Assembly: GCA_032718475.1 (NCBI GenBank)
Contig: JAUCBJ010002582.1
Location: forward strand, 1-53,750
Direction: 5' to 3'
Source of the DNA: Nemertoderma westbladi
Lineage: Eukaryota; Animalia; Xenacoelomorpha
DNA: 53,750 nucleotides
Notes under the pieces: model-generated
The model's input: only the letters and a program-made list of their open reading frames with translations
The model's database searches: none
Told to the model about the DNA's origin: nothing
Made by a program: the position numbers and the translations under genes
Part shown: positions 11,066-22,275 of the stretch, piece after piece
Layout of the letters: every line of letters starts with the position of its first letter
Position numbering within the stretch: the first letter of the stretch is position 1

Positions 11066-12080
11066 CTTGTAGACGACTCCTGTTACCTGGGATCATGGAT
11101 CCAGAAGTCAGGTGAGGACCAGGAGAGAGAAATGCATGGGCAGCATTGAATGGGCTTTCCAGGACTTGGAAGTCACTCAGAATTCATTGGAAACTTAAGG
11201 TCCAAATATTTAGAGCAGCAATAGTTCCAGTACCCCTCTATGGGAGTCCATGCTGGGCTCTACTGCTGAGGACCCAAATCTCTGGATTATAACCTTTTGT
11301 TGGGCACAGCTTTTGCAAAGTCGGCAATGAATTCCAGGTGGGATCGAACTGGTGACCTCCGGGTTGGAAGGCTGACGCTCTAACAGTTCAGCTAGCGGCT
11401 CAGGTAAAAGATAGACCTGGAAATACTATCCTTGTTTGTCCTTGTTTGTCCGCAATATACCTTCTCATGGCCATCTGCCAAAATCCATCATATGCTGCCA
11501 CTGTGCTCAACCCTATCGTACTTGGCCGTCTTTAACCACTCGCTACAATGAAAGGGTAGTGTATATTAACCATGAACCATCACGGCCACAATGATTAATT
11601 AAACACTCTAGCTACTAATTTAGATAGGACAGTTACACCCATAGAGAAATGCGACCGATATATTTATAATTTTTATTGGTGTTATGGGTGAATGAGTAGT
11701 TTCATATTATGAATAGATAAATATAAATACATATAATGAATGGTTTCTGGGTGGCATATTCACGTAAAGTTCACGTCTGGTCAAGTACAGTATAATGCGC
11801 ACATCTCCAACAAGACACTATATAACATTGGCGGTGTCTCATTGGTTCCCCCAAGATTGACACTAGAACAAAGCCGCTTCTGCTTTGAAAGAGCCGTTAG
11901 AGCCGTGAAAGAAGCCGTTAGGACCACCCTGTGCACAATCTCCCTGTGCAGCCCCATGGATAAAATAAGCATAGTGGACAGCCTATGGCTTTCATGAGAA
12001 GCCCCCTAAAGGACACTGGCTTTGGAGATGCGGATAATCTCGTGAATATCATGGGGGATAGGGAGATGTGGCGGTGCAAT
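11066..12080 (+). mobile_element. Degraded 3' fragment of the same RTE family as 22276-24927, split by a ~460-bp insertion (11288-11745)
   Basis: DDSCYLGSWIQKSGED and YNAHISNKTLYNIGGVSLVPP match the RTE ORF. The RTE sequence breaks at TCTGGAT (11281-11287) and resumes at TCTGGGT (11746-11752). Confidence 0.85.
11331..11400 (-). other. tRNA-derived (SINE-like) module with Pol III A and B boxes; not a functional tRNA call
   Basis: Minus strand reads GCCGCTAGCTGAACTGTTAGAGCGTCAGCCTTCCAACCCGGAGGTCACCAGTTCGATCCCACC. The acceptor stem does not pair. A related sequence lies at 52005-52075. Confidence 0.6.
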
Positions 12081-12702
12081 AATGTTTTGCGATTAAAAAA
12101 ATGTATCTTGCAATATTAAAAGCTTGAACATTCCAACTCCCATATATCCGCTTTATCTCAATAAAATTTAATGGTATTTGGTATAAACAAAATTAACATT
12201 AAAATTATTTCATGGACATGCTCTGCTACCTAGGATACAGCTATGTGTATATACTGAGCTATACAGCCATGCTAGTACAACCTCATCCTGCGTTCTGACC
12301 TGACAAACTGCTGAACTGTATGTAATACAGTAGTGACGTGGTTCGGTTATGTCTAGCCTCAAGCTGGTACAAGCTCGCCCAACAACAGTACTGCAGTAAG
12401 CCTACATCTGCACATATGTAATACTTTCCAGGAACATGGCAAGTACCTGCAAAACATGAGAGAGAAAAGTAACACTTGCAATATAACCTAAAGCAAATTA
12501 AGAAATAACTTAACCTAAAGAAATAACTTACATGCTCTGTCAAGTTTACCAAATTTTTGTTACTAAACATATTTTGACAAATTATAATAAACTGAAAGCA
12601 AGTAACTTGCAAAACTTAGGAAATGTACTATGAATTTTCAACAGGGCTTTGTTGGTAAGCCGGCATAGCATTCTTAATGCACGCTGCATTCGGCTTGCCT
12701 AT

Positions 12703-13195
12703 TGTGGCGAACTGGGCGTTGAGAGATGCAGAGTCCTTCGATTTTAGAATCCCAGTTGCCGAAGGAACTGTGTGTCGGCTCCCAAAGTAGAGGTAGAAGA
12801 GATTTCTTAAGGTGAAGGTTGAAAAAGTTGATTTTGAGTGAAAGCGATAACTGAGTTTATTTTTAATAATTCAATAAATAAGAAGGAAATAGAAGAGGAA
12901 ACAATTAAATCACTAAACTTTGTAGCAGGGGTTTGCACAAGGAAAGGGTCGTCGACTTGGAAGTGAAGAAAAAGTGGCGGACAGCTCCTTAAATACCTTC
13001 CCAGGAAGCGTCCTGATTGGGTAGCCAAGGAGACTGCTGAGTGGCCAGTTAGTTACGTTTCGATCCTAAGAGGGCCTGCCAACCTTCCCGCTAGAGGGAA
13101 GTTGGACAGAGTGCTGTAAAGACAGCAGATTACGTTTCGATCCCAAACAGATAAATTTGAAAGTTCGGTCGACAACCTGGCGATTATTTACACCA
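12703..13195 (-). mobile_element. Possible solo-LTR-like repeat
   Basis: Starts TG and ends CA. On the minus strand it has CCAATC, TATTTAA and AATAAA in LTR-like order. No clean TSD. Confidence 0.25.
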
Positions 13196-14412
13196 ATTGT
13201 GGATTGCATGTTGGTGTCAAAATGTTTTTGTTAAGCTGGCATAGCATCTCAATGAGCAGTCAATGTGCATTGTGCAACCCGATTATAGTAGTAGGCCTAC
13301 AGTAGTAGTAGTAGTAGTGTTGGTATGTCGGAGCTTCGTTCTTGTGTTTCGGACCTTACACTTGATTGTTTCAGACCTTTGTACAATTGAGAATTTTGTC
13401 CCATTCGAACCTTCATTCTGTTGTTTTGGTCCTTCAAATATGGTGTTTCGGACCCCAATTCGGACCATCGTCCTATCAAGACGTTTTAGTAAGTCCTGTT
13501 TCATTCAGGCCTTCACCCTAAATAGTAAAATAGGTCTTACGTAATTAAATTGTAACAATGTTCTAGAACATGATTCAAGTAGCAAATTACAAAATAGCTG
13601 CTAGTGAAAAATTTAGGTACTAGAATAAGAAATATTTCTGCAAGTGTAGAGGCTCATAGTTTTAATAAATTGCAAATATGCAACATAACACAATCTTAAA
13701 AGAAAACAATCACAAGCTATTCGAAAAAATTCAGATTTCAGATTTCAAGTGCTATTTGATTTATCTCTTGACAGTAAATAAAAGGTCTTGAAAAGTGGAT
13801 GAACACTATTTTTTATTCTACAGTAGGAGGATATACAGTAGGCCTACATCTAGACTTTTATTATTTTCTATTATAGTTTGTCATTTGATTATCGATTCAA
13901 TATTTTCTAGAATAATTCGTTTAAAAATTGAAAGAGAACAAAATTGTTTCTAAAAAGATAATACGTACAATAATAATTTTATCACCAACAATAATAAGAT
14001 TTTGACGAATGCCTTTTCGTGGAATTTGCGAAATTCGCGAAGAATAGGCCTAGGCCTACAGTGAGCGCCCTACTCTTAATTATTACATGTAGTATAGGAA
14101 TTATGGTCTGGTTACAATTAAATAAGTAATACTGAAATAAAATAGATACAGTATTATAAGTATTTACTGTTTGATGTGTGGATTATTGGGTACTGTATTT
14201 AGTTGAACCAACCATTAGTTACTGTACTGTAGACTTATATAATGTGATGTAGTGGGGCCTGTGTGCTGAATAAGAAAGAATTTACATAGAGGATAGATAC
14301 ATAGCAGACTGTTAACCAAATATAGTCTGCGAGAGATAATAAAATAATAAAACAATGTGCTCATATGGCCATGGGTTAAGATAACTTGTCTACCAAACAA
14401 TAATTAAGTGAG

Positions 14413-15023
14413 TGTGGGGCGAGACACGTAGTCGGCGAGCCTTTGCATACGGTTCATATAGGGCAAATGGGGCATGTCCGTCTGTCTGTCCGTCTGTCTG
14501 GTAAATGTTTGAACGCGAATTTCTCGGCATCGCTCGTTCGGAATTGAACCAAACTTAGTAGGTAAGTAGTAGAGAGAAAGTTTAGAAAGTTTGTAAAGTT
14601 TGGTGAAAAATCATGCAGTCTGACGTCAGCTACGACAGATTATGTGGTTTTTAGAAAATGTTAAATTTCTCGGGAAGGCCTCATTTTCCTGAGCTGAAAT
14701 TTTGGTGGCCTGTAGAGAATCATGAAGTCTATCTTTTACGAAATTGAAAAGTTAAGACATTTAATTGGGGATCCGCTAGAGACTCAGAAGTAATGACATA
14801 GGCCTACCGGTACGGTACTGCTGTACAGTGCTGCACTGGTAAGTACGAAATTGCAGAATAACAATTTGACACCACCTAGCGGATTAACATATGATTGTAG
14901 ATCGAATGAATACATTTATAGCATGGGATATGGGGTCCAAACTAGACATGCCCCATTTGCTCTATATGAACCGTATGCCAAGGCTTGCCGACTACGTGCT
15001 GCGCGAAGTCCCCACGAACGTGT
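14413..15023. mobile_element. Helentron/HINE (DINE-1-like) non-autonomous element, copy 1
   Basis: One end is TGTGGGGCGAG, the other GTCCCCACGAACGTGT with a terminal hairpin CACG-AA-CGTG. It has ~54-bp subterminal inverted repeats (14425-14478/14945-14998) and an internal GTCT/GTCC microsatellite. Confidence 0.65.
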
Positions 15024-16945
15024 AAGAGATAAGTATAAGATTGTGTGGGTGTATTCTAGAGTCCCGCTCACCAACAGAGAGTGCCATCGGATCCGATCTG
15101 AACCGATCGGATCCAACAGCTTCAAACACTTTGCACAACAAACTCCAACAGTCCGATAACTTCCAACAGATTCAGACAGCTTCAAACAATTTCAGATAGC
15201 TTCAAACAGAATCAGACAACTTCCAACAACCTGTCAATCACTCCGAATTAATGGCGAATTAATATCCCGCCTCAATTTTAAATTCTCAATCTAGGGAAAG
15301 GAGCAGGTTATAGTGAAACGTTATTTCAACCAAAACAATAAACTAAACACAATAGAACAGGTTACAGTTTCGTTTTTGGTCGTAAACAGCTGTTATTAGC
15401 GTCCAATTTCCCCTGGTGAGTTATTAATTTTTATTGCGTCCAGTTTCCCCCCCTATCTGCATTGTTTAGAGGGTGTGTGAGGTGCCCGGAGACCAACGAA
15501 TTCCTTTCACGATCTGGCTGAAACCCTGATTTAAGGTGTAGTCGAGTTTTGGAGCCTTTTTGGCTATCACTCCCTCGGTATTCGCTTAATACAAGAAGTC
15601 ACATTGAACCTCATTGTCGTAATCTAATATTTGTCAAGAACTACTATTATTCATACTACTGTTGACAGATCACAGAGTAGGCCTAATATTCAGTCCACTG
15701 TCAATAAACTGATTACTATTGGTTGGTCTAGACAGATAAATTAACTGGTGCTACTGTAGTATAATAATCTGATGATCGGATTTTTAGGCCTTATTCTCAA
15801 CTCAAAAAGCATTCAAACGGTAAACAAGCTAAGGCATCTCTTTAATTAAGAGAAAACAAGGGGATTCCACCGTGAACTTATGAAACCGTAACAAAATAAG
15901 TTATATAAAATTGTTATACAGTATACAGTATGTTAAATAAACAAAATAAGTTACAATGGCCTACGGGAAACTTTACTACAGGAAAGATTCTTTAGAAAAC
16001 TCTGAAAAAAACATCACCTGACAAGAGGTGATAATTAACTCTAGAATTCACCAATCTCGATACAGATTAATTATTGAGCTGGGAATCGACCAATCAGAAG
16101 GTTTTTACCGGTCAAAAAGGTATACAAGGTGCCGACAGAGAAAGTAGTTTCAGTTAAATTACTTTCGGCCCTTGCGACTGCCCGTAATTCTTCCATCGAT
16201 ATTTTCGGCAGTACCAAAGTCGAAGTGTGTTCTCAGCGCTAAAAGTTTCCAAGTAAAGCGAGAAAGGCTAAATTTCCAGTATTTTACGGTCGTTTATCAG
16301 AACCTAATTTTTTATGGCCTTCAACATTTAGATAAATTACCGGTACGGTATTATTATTCTCGGGGCTAGTTTATATTATTTCAAAGTTCTCACTATTTTT
16401 GTGAACGATTCTAAAAGGTAGGTCTGTAACTTCACTGCGACCTCAGAACCTTTTACCCGGTTTCTATAATATCTTTTCTCATTCCTGGAAGTAAATGAAA
16501 GTACAGTAGTTATTTATTTCATATACTTCATATATTAATTGAATGCCACCCCAAATTAGATGATTTCACAATAAAAAAATTATTTAGCACCAAATATATT
16601 TATTTGTAGCACCAATTTACATCCCCCAATTTTGAATATCTCACCAATAACAATTATTAATTCCCCAAAAACAATAATTCATCCCCCATAAACAATTATT
16701 AATCCCCCAAAAACAATTATTCTTTCCCCCAAATCAATTATTCATACCCCATTCAATAATTATTTATTTCCATAAATCAAACAAAATGTTTAATCATATT
16801 ATACAGACAATCCTCATACCAATAGTCTGCAACTGAGAAGCGCCACCTAACGTCGCTATAGGCGCCCTAGTTTAAATGTCTCCTCATGTGTTATGGTGGT
16901 GCTATTGGGCCGTTTCAGACTATTGTATAAGCTTAAACACGTGAC

Positions 16946-17767
16946 CAGGGACGGATTAAGGGGGGGGCAACAGGGGCAGCTGCCGGGGGCCCGTAAGTTG
17001 GAAGGGGCCCGCAAGTTGGGAGAAATTTACCGATCATTATCTCACTGATAAAGCAACCTCATTTATTTATTAATTTCTGGCTGTTCAATAAATATTTAGA
17101 GTATATCTCACATATAGCCTCACCATTCAGAACACTGTGTCCCATAGAAGTGTTTTAAAAAAATATTTTAAGTGTAATGTAATGCTTAAAGGAAAACGTT
17201 AGAAAAAACAAAATTAACCAAAAAAAAAAGCTATTTAAAATAATAGTAAACTATTACTGTATTACAATTAACATTTAATTTACCTTTCAATTAATATTAT
17301 CTGAAATCATTCACGAGTGCAGTAGGTTAGGAAATTGCTATTTTTAAGTAATTTTGTGTCTAATTTATTGATATACCGACAGCGTCAATATATTATTCGT
17401 TCCTAAATATAGAATTGATGTCTTTTGGATGGTGAAATTTTAGGAAAAAATTATTATTATTTAAATAATAAAGGACTATTATTCGATAAAAAAAAAGTAA
17501 GCTAAAAAGAAATCACCGCTTTTTTAACTGATATTATATATTCAATTTAGCGAAATTCAACTATTCTCTCTAAAGTGTTTTCCGTTACGTTTTTATATCG
17601 AATATATTGTTTTATTTGAAAAAAATATCACCAGCGTTACTTATTTGTACCAACGGGGACCAACATTTTTTGCAATTGGTTTTCGTCGGGGGGGGGGGGG
17701 GGGGGGGGGGGGTAGGTGCCCGTAAGTTGCGACTGCCGGGGGCCCGAAAATCCATAATCCGTCCCTG
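16946..17767. mobile_element. hAT-type MITE, 822 bp
   Basis: TIRs CAGGGACGGATTA / TAATCCGTCCCTG; 8-bp TSD CACGTGAC / CCCGTGAC (1 mismatch); subterminal GGGGCCCG repeats. Confidence 0.9.
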
Positions 17768-18666
17768 CCCGTGACTAAACCCGCACCTCATTGTAATTAT
17801 TACAATTTTGTACAATGATTGTTATTAAGCGCCCGGTTAATTTTATTGACTGGAAATTATTACAATATTTACTATTCAATATACTATTCTTTATCTATTA
17901 TTCAATTTATTATTTATAAATATTAATATTGTTCAATCAAATACATTCAAATATTATTTGATATAATTAATTATAATTAATAATTATAATTAATATAATT
18001 AAGTGTTAATTATTATTATTTGCTGAAGCTTAGTATCAATAAAATATCGCATATAAGACGAAAGGAGAGACACTTTATTGACACCCAACCCAGGTAGGTC
18101 TCTATAATTGAACATTATTGAGAATCTGGGCAATCTTGTTAGACCTGTGAGTGCCGGCTTACACCCTAATCCATTAAATAATTACAGTATGGCGATATTA
18201 TTTGCAATCAGTAATACGATTGAAGCTTTCAATATCGATAATATCATGATTGAACATGAACATTATTGTCCTGGCGCCACTATATTGATTTATTGTATAG
18301 CAATATATGGCCGGATCTACTGTAACTGGATCTAAGGTCCCTCATACTACAGCTGTCACTGTACTGCTGTACCGCGTACCGGTACTGTTGTTTGGGGTAT
18401 ATTATTATTCCCGCATTCTGTCTGTGTTGTGTATTAGTCTTATTGCAGTATTACGGTTGGCTGAAAGGTTACATTATTACAGTATTATAGCATTCGCATT
18501 CTTTTATTATAAACTGTCGTAGATTGAATATTATATAGTAAAAATACATTTCCCCTACAAAAAGCACATTTCCAAACTAAGCCCATATGTTTTATTTATT
18601 TGGGTTATCGGGCCGAGACCCATTGTACATACTGATATATCATACAGTATACTGTACACATTAGTA

Positions 18667-19008
18667 ACACGTTCGTAGGGTCTTCGCGCAGCACGAAGTG
18701 AGCAAAGCCTTTAGCATATGGGTACCATTAACGAGTTGTCTGCCGTTAGTCAGAAGTCTTCAACACAATACTCGTCATCCTCTTGTGCCTCGTTGCGTTC
18801 GTTCGTTTTTGACGAAACTTCAGATTCTTTCTAAACTTTTGAAGGACTACATACATACCAAGTTTCGTTTAATTTCATCAAGGAATAACCGAGTTATTAG
18901 CGATCAAATATTTACGACTGACAACGGCAGACGACGACGACGACGACAGACAACTCGCCAATGGCACCCATATGCTAAGGCTTCGCTCACTTCGTGGCTC
19001 GCCCCACA
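18667..19008. mobile_element. Helentron/HINE-like element, copy 2 (opposite orientation to copy 1)
   Basis: Same termini (ACACGTTCGT(A/G)GGG..CTTCGCGCAGCACG ... CGTGGCTCGCCCCACA), its own ~37-bp inverted repeats (18692-18729/18960-18996) and a (GAC)n tract. Confidence 0.65.
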
Positions 19009-19104
19009 TTACACAATAGCAAAAAATCTACTGTATTACCTACTGTATAATTAGGTCATTGGTGGTTCGTAAATATATAAACCAAAACAAATAATGATAA
19101 CCAA

Positions 19105-20640
19105 ACATTCTTCAACGTATTTTGATTGCACCAACGAACCTTTCGGCCAACTTGGACCCTTAGATACGGCTTGTAATCCCAAGTAGGATGCGCCATCGCT
19201 CCATCGGGATTGATATGGATTGGGAGAAATATTAACACGAGAGAAAATGGAAAACATATTTGAACGTAATACAGATTTAAAGGTATTAACTCTATTAAGC
19301 ACAATTATAGTGTTGGCATCATCCGTTCCAGAATATTTGAAAAGAAGGTGGAATGATGTATTACATGCTACTTTCAGTTTACGTAGATTTTCTACTCGAA
19401 ATATGGACCATACAGTAGTGAACAGCAGTAAATGCTATAACAGAACGTTTTAAATAATGCCGTTTTAACTAAATTAGAGCAAACTGAGAAATTACGGGCT
19501 AATTGGTTACCACGACAATATAAATTACTACGCATACGCATAATATCAGGTTCATCGGATAAGTCACAGCTTATAATGCGGCCTATATAATTAACCTGTT
19601 TACACAGGCAATCAATCAATTTACCATTTAAGAAAACGTCACCAACAAGTCCAAATTTGTAAGGTAAGAAGTAAACACAGTGAGATTTGGTAGGATTGAA
19701 AGTAATATCGAATTGTAAACCATATTGATCACAAATCTTCAATAATACCACGTAAGCCAAAGATGCTAGGGGACAATAAGCAAAGGTCGTCCGTGTAAAG
19801 TATATGATTCAACAACAATGTTCCTATTCGGCATCCTGCGTTTATGGTATTTTCGAACACTTAACTCGCTCACATAAATGTTGAAAGGAAATGGACTAAG
19901 AACACTTCCTTGACGGACACCATTAGACACAGTTTAATACTTTGAGACTGAAGATCCCTTATACCTAAAATTATCCCTAAAATACGCACAATACTGATAG
20001 GAACAGTAATATTTATTAATTTTCGAAAAAGTTTAAAATGGTTCACTCGATCGAATGCTTTAGATGCATCTAGGAAAGCGGAATATATACATTAGAGTCC
20101 TTCCTAATGTATAAATGCACTGCCTGATTCAGAGTAAAAATACACATCTCGGTACCAAGACTTTTACTAAAGCCAAATTGGTTTTCCGCAATTTGAGCGT
20201 TATTGATTTGAATTAATTACACAGCACTTAAAAATCTTTGAACAAATATTGGTTTTCGTGATTGGTCTATAATTGGTGTCATCATTCAAGCCAATATTTT
20301 ATCTTTCACAATAGGAGAAATACACGATGAAATAAGCGCTCACCAGCAAGGATGCTCACCAGCAAGGATGTAGCTTTCAGAGAATATATTGTCCAGACCT
20401 GACGCCTTGTCACGTTCTAAGTCCTCAATACCTGATCTCACATCGGAGCATGAAATGTGAATATTTGACGAACCGCCGCAGTTGTTAAAAACATCATTAA
20501 CAAAGTCTACATCCTCGCCATTAGAGGCAACCGAGTTGAAAATGTAATTATATTTCGTTTGAAAAAGATCAACAATATCATCAGAACTGGTTGCCTTACC
20601 AACAGTAGTTAGTACGTGGTGTAGTTTTAATACTATTTTG
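19105..20640 (-). mobile_element. Degraded non-LTR retrotransposon RT fragment (RTE-X-like)
   Basis: Minus-strand motifs FLDASKAFDRVNHFKLFRKL, SNGVRQGSVLSP, LNHILYTDDLCLLSP, FNPTKSHC and LYCRGNQLARNFSVCSNLVKTALFKTFC; frameshifted. Confidence 0.8.
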
Positions 20641-22275
20641 TTTTTTTACATATGTAAATAATTAGTCAGTCTTTTACTTAATTAATTGTACCGCCTCATT
20701 TTCGGGGACTGTTTACACTAGTGAATTAGTGAATGGGGGGGCGGGGGGGGGGGGGGGGGGGCGAATCGGACCCTTCCTAGTTTTTAGTTGCTGTAACTAG
20801 CAACCACATTACGTACCGGCCCAATTTTTATTGAGAATTAGCCAAATTTAATGCCGCATCTTTTGCAAAAAACCACGTTGCAATTGGATTTCTACTTTTC
20901 GATGTGGGTGCCACCTCAAAATTTGGTCTCCAGCTCCAAATTTTTTGAAATTTTCTAATTTTACAAAGTCATTCGTGATTTAGTAATTATTTATGTTTGG
21001 GCTATTTTTATTGGTTTGGATCACTCTAATGCTCTATACAAGTATGTAAGTGTAGTGGTACGTCATTTTTGGAGCACCAAAATTAGGGCGTGGCACTTTA
21101 AAATTTCAAAATTACTTTATTCGGAAAATTTACTAAAGTTTGGATTTCGAAGCAGTTTTATTGGTTTTCTGGAGCGCTGAATAAATTGAAAGTAATATAG
21201 AAGCCTGAAGACTTAGTGGTTCGCCATTTTTGGTGCACCAAAATTAGGGCGTGGCACTTCAAATTTTGAAAAATACGATACGGAAAATACACTAAAGTTT
21301 TGATTTGCAATGCATTTTTATAGGAACGAATCAGTGAATTAGGGCGCTACCGGAAATAAGTGGATATAAAACAGGCATATTCAAGCGTCCTTCATTATGA
21401 AGGTGAAATATAGCGCACTTACGTTTGCGTATGTCACTCAGGGGAAGTTATTGCCAAACATCTGACACTGTAATAAAATCTTATGACACTAAAATTGTGG
21501 GTAAAACCATTTTCGTTCAAATGCGCTAACACATTGGTTTATCTTGAAATCATGGGAAAACACAGGTATTCACCCCCCACGGTCCTGACCAAGATCCCAA
21601 CGCATTCCCACAGTCAATCCCAGTCTCATTTCAAGCGCTATAACTCTGTTAGGGTCTCCCGTCGGCCCTCAGCCATACTGCAATGAGGTTGTTTTGCAAT
21701 GTGTAAGCAAAATGAGTGATATCATTGCCCGATCACCTGACTTAAAAGATTAAAATACTTCATGTTATGATCGTGTCTGTCCTAACCAAAGGTCGTGTTT
21801 GCTCTCTCCTCCAAATTACATCATGTCTGACTCCTCTTTGAGGCCAAACTCAAGGAGGCCTTGTCAGATATAGTTGGTGGTAGTAGCTGGCTCAAAGCAT
21901 CCCTTCCATCTTCAATGGGTGGCCTAGGTCTACGTAAGACTGCAGATCACACCCCAACAGCATATGTTGCTTAAGCCCGCCTATCACACAATTTAGTTAA
22001 CTGAATCCTCAGCCAACGCCCCCTACAGACCCTCACCTTATTACAGTTGGGTTAGTTGGGTTAGCATCGGACAATTTTGGGGACCATAACACCGGGTGTG
22101 GTGGGCCTGACGACCGCATCAGCCGTCACGACTCTCTCAGACATGCAATCTTCTCTGCAGTACAATCAGGCATTGTTGTTGTATTCCGCAGCCGCCCAGC
22201 TGATGTATATATTCCTACCTGGTGCAGATGTCAACCCATGGCCCTGGATGTTACAGTTATCTCTAGTCTCCAGGC

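Noticed and set aside
11331-11400. Functional tRNA-Gly(TCC) gene
   Set aside because: The acceptor stem does not pair and the sequence is embedded in a repeat insertion; treated as tRNA-derived.
13050-13150. Two ACGTTTCGATCC motifs resembling the GAAAC half of a hammerhead
   Set aside because: No correctly spaced CUGANGA or stem II was found on the minus strand.
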